Below are positions 1 through 12,596 of a DNA stretch of 64,000 nucleotides, piece by piece. The notes below the pieces were generated by a model. The model searched no databases and was not told the DNA's origin. It saw nothing but the letters and a program-made list of their open reading frames with translations. How positions within the stretch are numbered: the first letter of the stretch is position 1; every line of letters starts with the position of its first letter. Origin of the DNA: Paragordius varius (taxonomy: Eukaryota > Animalia > Nematomorpha). The stretch spans positions 15,133,085 to 15,197,084 of the forward strand of contig OZ176051.1 of NCBI GenBank assembly GCA_964247055.1, given 5' to 3'. A program made the translations under genes and the position numbers.

Positions 1-1154
1 AGATGTTTAACAAAAAGTAAAATAATTTTATGAAAATATCGCCTTTTTATATGTTTTAGGATAACCAATTTCGGGTCCTTCATATGTATTTTAAATTCCT
101 TTTTTAGCGATAGCCTTGTAAAAACATATACCGCGTAACATTTGATTAAATAATTCTATTGCCCTAAAGTTTTTCACATATTTTTATCTGAAAATTAAAA
201 TATATTAAAAATTTATGTGAGATTGTCATTGAAATAAAAATATTATTTTAGAAGGTCATAAAGATCTATAATATATTATAAATATATATTTTTTTACTTA
301 AATTCATTTGGTTTAGTAAAACCATATAATATAAATATGAAAAACCAGATATAATAAATATATGTATTAGCATCAAGGTTAAAAACCATAAAAGATTTAT
401 CCCAATTAAAGAACTTATAATTATTCTATTTGTTCAAGTGTTTTCTGTTAAAATCAATTGAAAATATAATATATGTTAAAATTAAGTTTAATGATCTCCG
501 ATTCTGTACTATATGGTATTAAGGCATTATATATAATGTAAGTTTACTTGTCTACTTCTAGAAAACGCACAAAATATATGTCAAAAAATATTTACTCGCC
601 ATTTAAATTTATATAAATATTCCGCTTTTAAATACATTTTTTGAGTAGATCCTAAACGATCAATAAATGGAAATATGAACAATATTACCCTTTTATTTAC
701 TGATAATTTATAAAAAATGAATAAGATGGTCTTTACAAATCGATATGATTGTCTGAATGAGATGAGAGAAAGGCGTGATCACGTCATTTAATTAACAAAT
801 TTATTAACAACGATTGTTTGTTTTAGCCTGTAGCCAACAAGCAATTAATTATGATTTTAAGGATATAAGAGAATTCCTATATTTATGTTACTTATTGTTC
901 ATCTATTGACTTTCTTAAGTTTTGCGTTAATATTGGACGGACCTCTGTCCTGCCTTTTACAATTTTGATATTTTTGGAAATCTTATCAATATACGGAGTG
1001 TAAAAATGTTGGTAGAAGGGTGGTTGATTAAATTTATATGCTCTTCTGATATATAAATCAAAATTATCATATTTTGTTTGAGCCCTTAGGAGTCATGTAA
1101 GAAAATAACACTTTTGGGTTACTTGGTCTCCATAAAAAATTCTTAAAATTAGGG

Positions 1155-1212
1155 CAGTGGCGTACCGATGAAGGGTTTAGCATGACCCTGGAGCCGTTAT
1201 TTAGGGGCGGCA
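1155..1212. mobile_element. Orphan hAT-type terminus, same family as the 29197-30299 element
   Basis: Starts CAGTGGCGTACCGA. GCCGTTATTTAGGGGCG is the reverse complement of the subterminal sequence at 30242-30260. No partner end or TSD found. Confidence 0.5.
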
Positions 1213-2319
1213 TTTTCTTTATATAAATTTAAAGTATGCAAATATAATAACAACTTTCATGTAATACTCCTTTAGACTTGTGCAATAAGGGCGTCTAGGT
1301 ATGTTTTTTTATAAAAATTATTTGGCAATTTATGTAATAGTCCCTAAAATAATATAAAATATAAATGAGATCAAGAGTACACATTATGCACTTTCTGCCC
1401 AAACGTAACCCTATCACTTCTAATAAATTATAAATTCATTTTTTATTTAATCAAATATTATTTTAAAACTCAAGATAATTAATTTAAAAAACATTCTATC
1501 CATAACAAGGTATTATTAATTTTATTGTCATCTCAGCGGTTACGGAAATAGGAAAGAAAAATTTAAAACTGACTATGAAATATTATTAAACGAAAATAAA
1601 TTCTGACCATTGAATTAAATAAAATGTATGCGGCAGCACAAAACGGTACCCCTTAATATTATAATTTAAATACTGACACTTTAGTTATTGATTCAATAAA
1701 TAGGGGAAAACGTTTATATATCTTTTGGCTTTAAAAGTTAATATTAAATTGATTGAAATATAAAACATATATATTATGGACTTATATCTGACGCTGGATA
1801 AAGTATACGGAGAACAAATTCAGTTGTTAAGTAAGTATTTATTGATTATAAGAAAAAAAATTGTTTAAAAGAATCTTTTTTGGATTTTTAACAGTAAAGA
1901 TGCAATAAGAAAATTTAAATATGTAAAATATTCATTTATCAAATTGCTAATGTCAATGCTATGATAATGCAGTTATGATGTCGGGTCACATGCAGGCAGA
2001 ATGGAAAAAAACAAAAAATATTTTTAAACTTTAACAATGAATTTAGTGTAGCAAAACAAGATGTTATTAGAGTGACCCGTTTTGGAATAATTAATAATAT
2101 TTACCTTTTTTGACCTTGAACTATTAAATGGGACTAAATAAAAAATTAATAAAACTGTCAAGCGTGAGTCTCCGATGAAGCATTAGAATTCGAAATGTTA
2201 ATGCTATTGTTAAGGGAATAGTTGATTTGAAAGAGTTATTAAAAGGTTTAATTAAAAAACTTCAAATACTAGTGAAACAATAAGTATGACGTCCGTTCTC
2301 AATTTTTTATTATTTTTTT

Positions 2320-2470
2320 GATGGTATAGTGGGTAGGGCACCGGACTCTTACACTACATGCCAGATTCCCCAAAACACGCAATTTTTCCATCATCACCGT
2401 TAAACCTTAGCAGGTGAGTTTTATAGCCTTCAAAGTCCAAATACAATTTGAGTCCTTACCCTTTAATATA
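2320..2470 (+). mobile_element. tRNA-derived SINE-like element, copy 1
   Basis: A-box-like TGGTATAGTGGGTAGG followed by GGACTCT(T/C)ACACT; aligns by eye over ~150 nt with 47275-47435; B-box degenerate in this copy. Confidence 0.5.
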
Positions 2471-2779
2471 AAAGAAAAAAAGAGACTATAAACTGTATAT
2501 TTATTTATTAATTTTTTTGTGGCATCAAATATTTAAAAAAATTGATAGAGTTTTAACTTAGATTGTATAGCATTAGGAACCTGGAATCCTTAACTACTGT
2601 TTAGGTATACGGAATTAGTTTTGCGAGGAAGCCATAAAAAACGCTATTGTATGTGCAAACTGGAATGTTTCTATATTTATATCAAACCATGCTAGAAAAC
2701 CAAAAAAATTTCAAAAAGACTCAGAGGTTATGATTCTTTCTGCTGAAATGAAGTTTATCGTATGAATGGTTAAGCAACA

Positions 2780-3120
2780 TGAAATGGAAAAGCGATTTCT
2801 AGACTGAGAAATTTCAATTCTAAATTTGGATTTTGATGGATATCGAAAATTAATTGACGCGTAACAATAACAATAAAAAAATTTGTAAATCTAAAGGCGA
2901 ATCTTTCAGCACACATTTTAATGGAACAGATCTTTTTATGGAAATTTGTAATTGTAGGATAATTATCCTATTTCGAAAAGATATTGAACCTATTCCGTTA
3001 GAACTCTTAACCTTTATAATTTGATACGGCGAAGATGTGTTCCCCAATTTAAGGGTTGCGCTTCAACTTTTAACTATTTTAAAGTCAGTCGCTAGTTGTA
3101 AAAGGGCATTCAGTAATGTG
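2780..3120 (+). pseudogene. hAT transposase C-terminal (dimerisation domain) remnant
   Basis: From 3031 reads EDVFPNLRVALQLLTILKSVASCKRAFS, matching the hAT fPNL..aL..lLT...SvAsCERsFS motif; upstream GTDLFMEICNCR and PLELLTFII*YGED; disrupted by stops and frameshifts. Confidence 0.75.
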
Positions 3121-4115
3121 ACCAGATATTTTAAACTTTAACGCAGTACAAAATTATAACATACTTTGCCTGTTTTTACACCATCGGTGTGGTATATTTC
3201 CAGTTTCCACAAAACTGATCCAAATGATATATATTTATATATATATATATATATATTCTGATGGGAAAATATCAGTATTATCATGGTGCTTTTGGGTTAA
3301 ATTTTTAGATGTGGACCCTGAAAGTCCCAAATTTTTGGCTCTTTTAAAATAGACTGTTTATTAAAATAAACGGAAAATTCCGACATTGTGCAATAATTTT
3401 TTATATGTGCTAAATTTTGACCACTAAATATATTTTTAAAAAAATGCATACTTTCAAAATAATTTTTAGCAAGATTTTGTTGAAGCCTTGAGCATGATGG
3501 AAATGATATAAACGTAAGATGTTATAACAATTTATACATTCGATAATTCTAATTTCAATCAGAATTTGGTTTTCATTTTCAAATTTATGTAAAAATTGTT
3601 TTTTTATAAAACACCCAAATTTGTAAGCAAAGTAATCTTTAAATTAAAATTCTGGTTGTTCATCATCATCGAATTATTTAGAAAAAGGGTTTTATTATAT
3701 CTTAGAGCGTTATACCGTTTCATTCATGCTTAAAATCGTTAGAAGTAAGCTTCAACAATTTATTTTTTTATGAAATAAGAACACTAATGAAAATTAATTA
3801 GGAAATAAATTAAGTAATATCAAACCTCCCACCTAATGAGTATAGAAAACGTAAAAACACATAATTTTTACCAAAAAAGGTTATCTCGAAATTATATGCC
3901 ATATATAATAAATTTTTAAATTATAGTTACGGGAATAACAATTTTCTATATCATTTTCCGTATAACTATAAAAAAAGGAACTTCTAAACTTGATCAAACA
4001 TTTATTAAATATCATAAATTAATTTTGTTAATTTTAAATTTTGAGGCACTTATTTTTGCGGAAACCCTGAGTGAAAGAGCCTTTAGCCTGAATCTTACGG
4101 TGGATTGGGAGATTT

Positions 4116-4130
4116 ATAGTTTCGCCACTG
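4116..4130. mobile_element. Orphan hAT right TIR
   Basis: ATAGTTTCGCCACTG is one mismatch from the TIR at 44250-44264; a shorter similar end TTTCCGCCACTG lies at 60421-60432. Confidence 0.35.
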
Positions 4131-4459
4131 CGGAAAGGCTGCGGTTGACCGATCCAAAATCAAATTTTATGTATAGTTCGAGCAGAAAATAAAATATTAA
4201 TCAAATAAAAATAGGCCAATCTTAGTGTACCGCAAAATGAACTACAAATTATGGGGTTTTTTTACAGAGGGTACTATATCGAATTCTAAAATATTTTTTA
4301 TGAATAAATAGAAGGTATTCAATATATATATTCATAAATAATAATTTTTTTTACTTTCAAAAAGCAGTGCAAAAGTGGGCGCAGTACAGTCGCAGTTTTT
4401 TTCTATAAATCCAGTACTGTACTGCGTACAGCCTATCTGGTCACATTTAACTACGCGGA

Positions 4460-7440
4460 TGGATACGGTTGGCAAAACGGAACTTATAATGCAAGGATGC
4501 CATAGACAGGTATAGCGAAATAGTTTACGGATATGATTGCTCAAGAGTGATATCATATAATGTAATTATTATTGAAAGCTAATCATGTAATCCTACATGG
4601 TATATTTTTAATATAATATATGTGGCTTAAAAATCTTGATGTTTAATGCGTGTGTGCTACAATTTGTTCACTATATCTAATGGCTGATTTTTTTTATAGA
4701 TTATGGACGCTACAGGATATGGTTATACCAGCATTAATTAATAAAGTTATGTTATTGATATTTAATTAAAATCTTGTTTTTATCCGTTAGTTAATCTCTT
4801 CAAGTAAGGGTATATTCGATAAAATTGTTAATTGGTAATTATTTAATCGGATATAAGAATAGAAATGTTATGTTTGTTTAATTTTTTGATAATTTTAAAA
4901 TTATATTGGCCATCCTATATTAATGTGAATCTAGAAAAAAGTTATTATGCAATAAATACCATATAATTAACAATAAACCCCAACTAATTCATCACCGGTT
5001 AAAACTAAAACCGGGTAGGTTCCTATGAAAATAAAACTGAGAGTAAGTGGAATGTTAAAATCTCAGGAATGGGATTCCGGCTCGAAACTGTGTCAATTGG
5101 CCGATATGGTGAATAGGCTGGCATAATTTACATACTGTATATGCACATTAATCTTACACCGATATTTCAGTATATAATATATATATATATATGGTTTTTT
5201 ATCATGTGTTTAATTTATTTAATATCCAAAATTAAAAATCCATATTATAAGCCCTAAAAAACAAATATATCATATATTTGGCACACTTTTACCCAACACA
5301 TTGCCAAAAATAACGCGCTTTATATTAAATTAATTTATAAACTTGGCGTCAATTAATTTTCATAAATTTTAGGAAAAAATTGGGGTTTAATAGTTAAAAA
5401 ATTTAATCAATATTTACGTATCCAAGATAGCGTCCAAAACTACATTAAAAAGTAAAATTATCCCGAATATTTTAGCAATTATAAATATTTATTTAGGCAT
5501 TTGATAGAGTATATATAGAACTGCCATAAATGACCAAAATCACATTATTTTGTCAAATCAAACGAATTCATAATGATTGCCCTATCCTCTCTTTTGACCA
5601 TCTTTATCGTTTCTATCGCCATGTCCGATTGTAGATTGCTTAAAGGGACAGAAACCAGCAATATTGGTAATATATATTTTTAAATTACCATATATAACAA
5701 AGGATACTAATAACAAGTTCAAGATGTTTACCAAATTATATTAAATCTAATTGATATAAATCAAATATTTTACCTAATGTTTATCAGAATGCAGAGTTAC
5801 ACAGGCAGCAGATATGGGTGTACAAAATTTGAGACTTTGCTTGTCTGGATTTAGCATTGGGTCTCGACCTCATTATTCTGTGATGGCTTCTTTCGATGAA
5901 CCTAACCGATTAAACAAAAATCCAATGGTGTATTCCTACCAACTTTGGCCTTATTACAATGCAACTTCCTTGTTTGAAGCTTATGGTCCCACATGGGCTA
6001 ATGCTTTACATGTAAAATAATTTATTTCTCTTTGTTATATATAATGTTACCGTTTTCGTATATTTATCCAGGCTAAGCATTTTGAGTTGCCGAGATTGGT
6101 ACCACAGCAAGAGTACATGTTAAAGGTATCAGCCTCACAAAAAAATATTTCACGAGGATCTTTTGCAGATTTCTTGCGATTTAAAGGTATTTCGCAGTAT
6201 TTTAAACATATATGCCATTTACGTTTAAATTGAGCTTTTAATACATAGAATCACCCTTTATTTAACGTATACATCAATAATACGTTTCTGAGCCTAACAC
6301 TTTATTATCTTCATGGTAGTTTTGTACTCCCAGAGAGAATAAATAATTATTTAGATTTTTATATTGGTTTGAATTTAAAAAGCATTCTTTAGCCTTGGGA
6401 GGGCGTAAAAATTTCCGAATAACGTAAAAATATAAAAAGATACTTTGCAATTCATTTCGCCATAATTTTTTCGTTGCAATTTTAAACAACGGACAAATTA
6501 TTGTACACTGTTAAGAATAATGTTTGAAAATTAAATTTTATATAAAATATATACAAAACTAACCTAATGATATTGTCAAAAAATTACCAACTTAAATGGT
6601 TAAAAAAATTGTGGCATATAAAATAATTTATATAATCCCGATTGGAAAGTTTAGCTAAAAAATTTAATTATGAGCTATAAAGGTCAAAGTGTGATTTATA
6701 AGTCTTTAAGGCTGAATTTATAATGCCAATGTTTATTACATACTTCTATCATCCCTTCTTTTTTAGTGTCAGTGAATGGAAATGATTATAACCTTGAACA
6801 GCATGGTATGATATTTTTTATTCATTTACTAATAACTAAAATTTATTCTTATCTAATACTGAATGCCAAATAGACATTTCCAAATCTTTTGCTAAAATTG
6901 TTCGGGCTACCACTACCTTTACTAATGAAGGCCGCACCAAAGATTTATTTGTATATATTGAGCCCCTTTCCGAACATTTTGCCAAGGCTTATGGGATTGA
7001 AAATTTGGATATCATATTAAGTCGCCCAGATGTAGAAGGAGAAAAGGCTCGACATGGAACTCTCGGTGTAAGTATTTACATCAGAATATTTTATATTAGC
7101 AACATTTGCAATATATATTTTAATTAATAGTTAAAAAGCAGAATGTATCGGTTTTCCAACTTAAATCCAAGCTCTGAATATGAAGTCATCATTCGTCCTA
7201 TATATAAAAATGGGGCTCATGCTTCAACAGAATACCTCTCTCACCGGATCTATGTAGATTTGGCTCAATGTTAAACTCCTATTTGTTTAGATTATACTGT
7301 TCACCTATCAAAAAATGTAGTTTTTTTCAAATTTTAGCCAATATATCTATTATAATAAATAATACACATATGAATATTATGAAGATTAACCAATAAAAAA
7401 ATACATCAAAAATATAAATGCAGTAGAATTCTTTGGGCAA
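4460..7440 (+). repeat. Tandem segmental duplication A, copy 1
   Basis: Collinear with ~8960-12770; offset 5310 nt at exon 2 (5814 vs 11124, identical ORF in the track). Confidence 0.95.
5573..7274 (+). CDS. Secreted 269-aa protein with two FN3-like regions, copy 1 (exons 5573-5666, 5788-6011, 6072-6186, 6767-6805, 6874-7067, 7131-7274)
   Basis: GT-AG introns join into an 810-nt frame. N-terminus MIALSSLLTIFIVSIAMSDC is signal-peptide-like. FN3-type motifs: FELPRLVPQQEYMLKVSA and YRFSNLNPSSEYEVIIRPIYKNG. Exons are conserved while introns diverge between the two copies. Confidence 0.85.
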
Positions 7441-7679
7441 TTTACTAGCTTTCGATTCGTAAAGACAATTTGCTGATAGTTTTATGTTTGGATGGTTTGT
7501 AAGGTGATATAAATTCATTGGCTGTATTTTTGCAGATTGTGTATATAGAATTCCATATATTTTCAATGTTTGGACATTTTTTTGGGTGTTCAAGACTATT
7601 AAAACGATTATGTAATGTAAGGCTATAATTATTATCGATGGTATTATAGTCGAGTTTATTACGAAGTGTTTTAGGTTTT

Positions 7680-8391
7680 TTCTTGGGTAATTGGAGTTTG
7701 ATGCAGAGCTTAGCAACTAAAAGGTTATGATCAGTGTAGCAATGAACTTTTATATTTATTCATGCCAATTATAAAATCATTTTGATTACGGTATTTTGGA
7801 CACGGGAACGCCATGTGTAAAGGCGTCTTTTGGATTGATTAAAGAATATGTTTGCTATAAAAATTAATGACTTGGACAAAATTCGATGAGTCGATCGCCT
7901 CTGTCGTTTTTTGTTCCTAGTCTTGCCTCCTACAGGGTATGTATCCTCACCAATGATACTGTTGAAATTCACCAAGGAGAAATAGAATATCTTTTTTGGT
8001 ACTCGCTTTATTGCTGTTTTTAGCTCATTGTAAAAGGTTTCGCATTTGTCGTCGCTGTATGAACTGGTTGGAGCGTAGACTTGGAGGATTGCTATGGGCT
8101 GATGTGTAGTTTGGATCCGTATTGATATCATACGTTCGTTAATAGGATTATAGATGTCGGATAAATCTGCTAATTTCTCCTTCATTATGATACCTGTCCA
8201 TTGTATTTGAGAGTGTTGTGTCCGGAATAAAATAGTACGTGATTTTCGAATTCTAAGATGCCATTAGAAGAGATATGTGTTTCAGATACACCGAGTATGT
8301 CGATGTTGTATTTTATCATTTTGTTTATAACAACATCGATTTTGTTGTTATAAGCACCTCTAAGATTCCAGGTGGCAACTTTTATATTCAA
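7680..8391 (-). mobile_element. RTE-type LINE fragment, AP-endonuclease domain, frameshifted
   Basis: MNIKVATWNLRG...IDILGVSETH; ILQVYAPTSSYSDDKCETFYNEL; YTWRS; TDHNLLVAKL near 7700-7735. Confidence 0.9.
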
Positions 8392-9684
8392 ATTCCTTGA
8401 TTAAAATGTTTGAACCATTGGAATAAGCAAAAATATGATAGTTTAGGTTTGATAGATTATTATAACGAGAATTTATGACGGAGAATATATGATGGATATT
8501 GTGAAGAGATGATTTTAATAAATGATTTAAAAATATACGAATGTATGGAGATGAGTTAAAATTACATTATTTATGGTAAAAAAATATATTGAATAGGGTA
8601 GGTCTACCATACCTTTCCCTCTCAATTGGTAAACATGTGTTTTTATCACATCAACAGTTCTCTTTTACAGCCAATGATGTATTACTCATAGACCTAATTT
8701 GAAGTTATTAAAATGGAATTTTTTTAGATTGAGTGCAGTGTAACGCGAAAAGACAAGACGAGGAATTTATACATTATAGAGGAAATATGGAAATCAAGCC
8801 TTTACGCAAAAGAGATGCTATATTATCTTAGAAACTGGCACCTAGAAAAAAGAGATGGTAAATACATTGGCAAAAAGATTGAAATATATATATATACATA
8901 TATATATGTATGTATGCATATAGAAAGGTAAGAGGGGAAGAGGGTGCACTAAAACGGGATCGATTGATACGGTTAATAGAAACATAACAAAAGTGAACTT
9001 AAAACGCAAGGAAACCATAGACAGGGTTCTATGGCGAAATAGATTACGGATATGACCGCTCGAGAGTGATATCATATGTAATTAATATTAAAAGCTGTAA
9101 TATGTAATGCGTATGTAATCTCACATGTGTGGCTTAAAAAATCTAGATTGCGCTTTGTTCACTATATATAATGGCTGATTTTTTTCGCGGTAATTGATTA
9201 TGGACGCTATAGGTTATGGTTATAACAGCAATAATTAATTATGTTATGTTATTAATCTAATTTAAAAAAAATCTTGTAAATTATATCTGTTTGTTAAGCT
9301 CTTCTACTAAGGGTATATTCGATAAAATTGTAAACTTGCTAATTATTTAATCGGATATGAAAGAAAAAAATTGTTATATTAGATTAATTTTTTGATAATT
9401 TTAAAATTATGGCCATCCTATATTGATGGGAATCCAAAAAGTTCTTTTTTAATAAATACCATATAATAAACAATAAACTCCAACTAATTTCTCACTAAAA
9501 TCGGCTGGGTTAAGGAAATGAAACCGAGGGTAAGTGGAATGTTAAAATCTCAGGAATGGGATTCCGGCTCGAAGCCCTTTTATCCATACATTATTATGTT
9601 GTCAATTGGCCAATGTGGTGAATAGGCCGGCATAATGTACATACTGATATGCACATTAATCTTACACCGATATTTCAGTATATA

Positions 9685-10477
9685 CCATTTACACTTCAAG
9701 AGTGTCCTTGAAGAATTCAAGTGGTCCTTGAACAATTCAAGTTGGTCCTTGAACAGTTCAAGTTGGTCCTTGAACAATTCAAGTTGGTCCTTGAACAGTT
9801 CAAGTTGGTCCTTGAACAATTCAAGTTGGTCCTTGAACAATTCAAGTTGGTCCTTTAACTTTTTTGTTTTGTTTTTAACTTTTATCAATCAAATCGAAAA
9901 TAATTCGTCTATTTTATTGTTTTTAACCTATTTTCTATTATTTAACATAAATTTTAAATCGATATCAACTTTTAATCTTTGAAAAACCGTATATCTTTAT
10001 TAATTTCTTAAAATAAATTTAAATATTTATAAGATTTTAACACGAAATGAAAAAATATATAAGTTTTCTGGGTTATTAATTAAAATTTTTCATTAAAAAC
10101 ATTTAAAAGTCAATAATTTTGTTCAATTGAAAAAAAATAGTTTTAAACAAAAAAGTGGTTTTTCAATAAAAAAATTTATTTTTAAATGAATAATTATATA
10201 ATAAATAAAGAAAATTAGGTTAATAAATAATTAAATAAAAAAATAAATGCAAAAATTATGGTTAAATCAAAATTTATAAATTTTAAGGACCAACTTGAAC
10301 TGTTCAAGGACCAACTTGAACTGTTCAAGGACTAACTTGAATTGTTCAAGGACCAACTTGAATTGTTCAAGGACCAACTTGAATTGTTCAAGGACCAACT
10401 TGAACTGTTCAAGGACCAACTTGAATTGTTCAAGGACCAACTTGAATTGTTCAAGGACACTCTTGAACTGTAAATGG
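9685..10477. mobile_element. Foldback/MITE element with arms made of 21-bp tandem repeats
   Basis: Ends CCATTTACA(C/G)TTCAAGAGTGTCCTTGAA are inverted. About 8-9 units of TTCAAGTTGGTCCTTGAACA(A/G) per arm, in opposite orientation. TATATA on both sides; copy 1 (5172-5177) has the empty site with a single TATATA. Confidence 0.9.
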
Positions 10478-10874
10478 TATATAATAGATATATATGGTTT
10501 TTTTATCATGTGTTTAATTTAATATCCAAAATTAAAATATCCATATTATAAGACCTAAAAAACAAATATATCATATATTTGGCACACCTTTACCCAACAC
10601 ATTGCCAAAAATAACGCGCTTTATATTAACATATTAATTTACTTGGCGTCAATTAATTTTTATATAATTTTAGGCAAAAAATTGGGGTTTGATAGTTAAA
10701 AAATTTAATCAATATTTACGTATCCAAGATAGCGTCCAAAACTACATTAAAAAGTAAAATTATTGCCAATATTTTAAAAATTATAAATATTTATTTAGAT
10801 ATTTGAGAAAGTATATATAGAGCTGCCGTAAATGACCAAAATCACACTATTTTGTCAAATCAAACGAATTCATA

Positions 10875-12596
10875 ATGATTGCCCTATCCTCTCTTTTGAC
10901 CATCTTTATCGTTTCTATCGCTATATCCGATTGCCGATTGCTTAAAGGGACAGAAACCAGCAATATTGGTAATGATATATTTTTATATTACCATAAAATA
11001 TTATTAACATAGGTTAATAATAAAAAGTGCAAGATCTCTACCAAATTATATTAAATCTAATTGATATAAATCAAATATTTTACCTAATGTTTATCAGAAT
11101 GCAGAGTTACACAGGCAGCAGATATGGGTGTACAAAATTTGAGACTTTGCTTGTCTGGATTTAGCATTGGGTCTCGACCTCATTATTCTGTGATGGCTTC
11201 TTTCGATGAACCTAACCGATTAAACAAAAATCCAATGGTGTATTCCTACCAACTTTGGCCTTATTACAATGCAACTTCCTTGTTTGAAGCTTATGGTCCC
11301 ACATGGGCTAATGCTTTACATGTAAAATAATTTATTTGTCTTTGTAAGACATAATATTACCGTTTTCGTATATTTATACAGGCTAAGCATTTTGAGTTGC
11401 CGAGATTGGTACCACAGCAAGAGTACATGTTAAAGGTATCAGCTTCACAAAAAAATATTTCACGAGGATCTTTTGCAGATTTCTTGCGATTTAAAGGTAT
11501 TTCGCAGTAGTTTAAATATATATGCCATTTACGTTTAAATTGAGCTTTTAATAAACAGTATCACCCTTTGTATTAATATTTATAATTTGATTCTTAACGT
11601 TTATCCCCAATAATGTTTCTGAGCCTAACACTTTATTATCTTTATGGTAGTTTTATATTCCCAGTGGGATTATATATACTTATTAGAATAGATTTTTATT
11701 GAGCTGTTAAAAAGGTAAATTCTTTAGCATTGGGTCGCGTGATAAACAATTTCCGAATAAAATTAAAAAAAGATACTTCGCAATTCAGTTAGCCGTCATT
11801 TTTTCGTTGCAATTTTAAACAACGGACAAATTATTGTACACTGTTAAGAAATTGAAAATTAAATGTTAATCAAAATCAAACAATAGAATATATTAAGTTT
11901 AAGCTATATACAAAACTACCTAATGATATTGTCAATAATTTACCAACTTAAATGGTTAAAAAAAATTGTGGCATATAAAATAATTTATATAATACCGATT
12001 GGAAAGTTTAGCTAATAAATTTAATTATGGAATATAAAGGCCAAATGAATGTTTATTATATACTTCTATCATCTCTTCTTTTTTAGTGTCAGTGAATGGA
12101 AATGATTATAACCTTGAACAGCATGGTATGATAATTTTTATTTATATACCACTAATTGAATTTCTAATTCTTATCTATTACTGAATGCCAAATAGACATT
12201 TCCAAATCTTTTGCTAAAATTGTTCGAGCTACAACTACTTTTACTAATGAAGGCCGCACCAAAGATTTATTTGTATATATTGAGCCCCTTTCCGAACATT
12301 TTGCCAAGGCTTATGGGATTGAAAATTTGGATATCATATTAAGTCGCCCAGATGTAGAAGGAGAAAAGGCTCGACATGGGACTCTTGGTGTAAGTATTTA
12401 CAGCAGAATATTTTATATTAGCAACATTCACAATATATAACTTTATTAATAGTTAAAAAGCAGAATGTATCGGTTTTCCAACTTAAATCCAAGCTCTGAA
12501 TATGAAGTCATCATTCGTCCTATATATAAAAATGGGGCTCATGCTTCAACAGAATACCTCTCTCACCGGATCTATGTAGATTTGGCTCAATGTTAA
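10875..12596 (+). CDS. Secreted 269-aa FN3-like protein, copy 2 (exons 10875-10968, 11098-11321, 11382-11496, 12087-12125, 12196-12389, 12453-12596)
   Basis: Same exon lengths and splice sites as copy 1; the only amino-acid change seen is M17I. Confidence 0.85.

Noticed and set aside
2165-2210. CCGATGAAG...CGAAA as a hammerhead ribozyme
   Set aside because: The core is mutated (CCGA instead of CTGA) and no convincing stems I/III are present.
2850-3047. Minus-strand 65-aa ORF
   Set aside because: Antisense shadow of the plus-strand hAT remnant; the same applies to 20474-20662, 24493-24690, 25044-25229, 49624-49887 and 58985-59167.
1155-4130. One 3-kb hAT element spanning the TIR-like ends at 1155 and 4130
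   Set aside because: The TIRs diverge after 8 nt and the flanking 8-mers (AATTAGGG vs CGGAAAGG) do not match.
9695-10470. 21-bp palindromic repeats as a CRISPR array, and ORFs 9580-9888, 9635-9982, 10267-10509 and 10295-10522 as proteins
   Set aside because: There are no unique spacers and no cas genes, and the context is eukaryotic. The ORFs arise because the unit is 21 nt and stop-free in some frames; the repeats are arms of a transposon.
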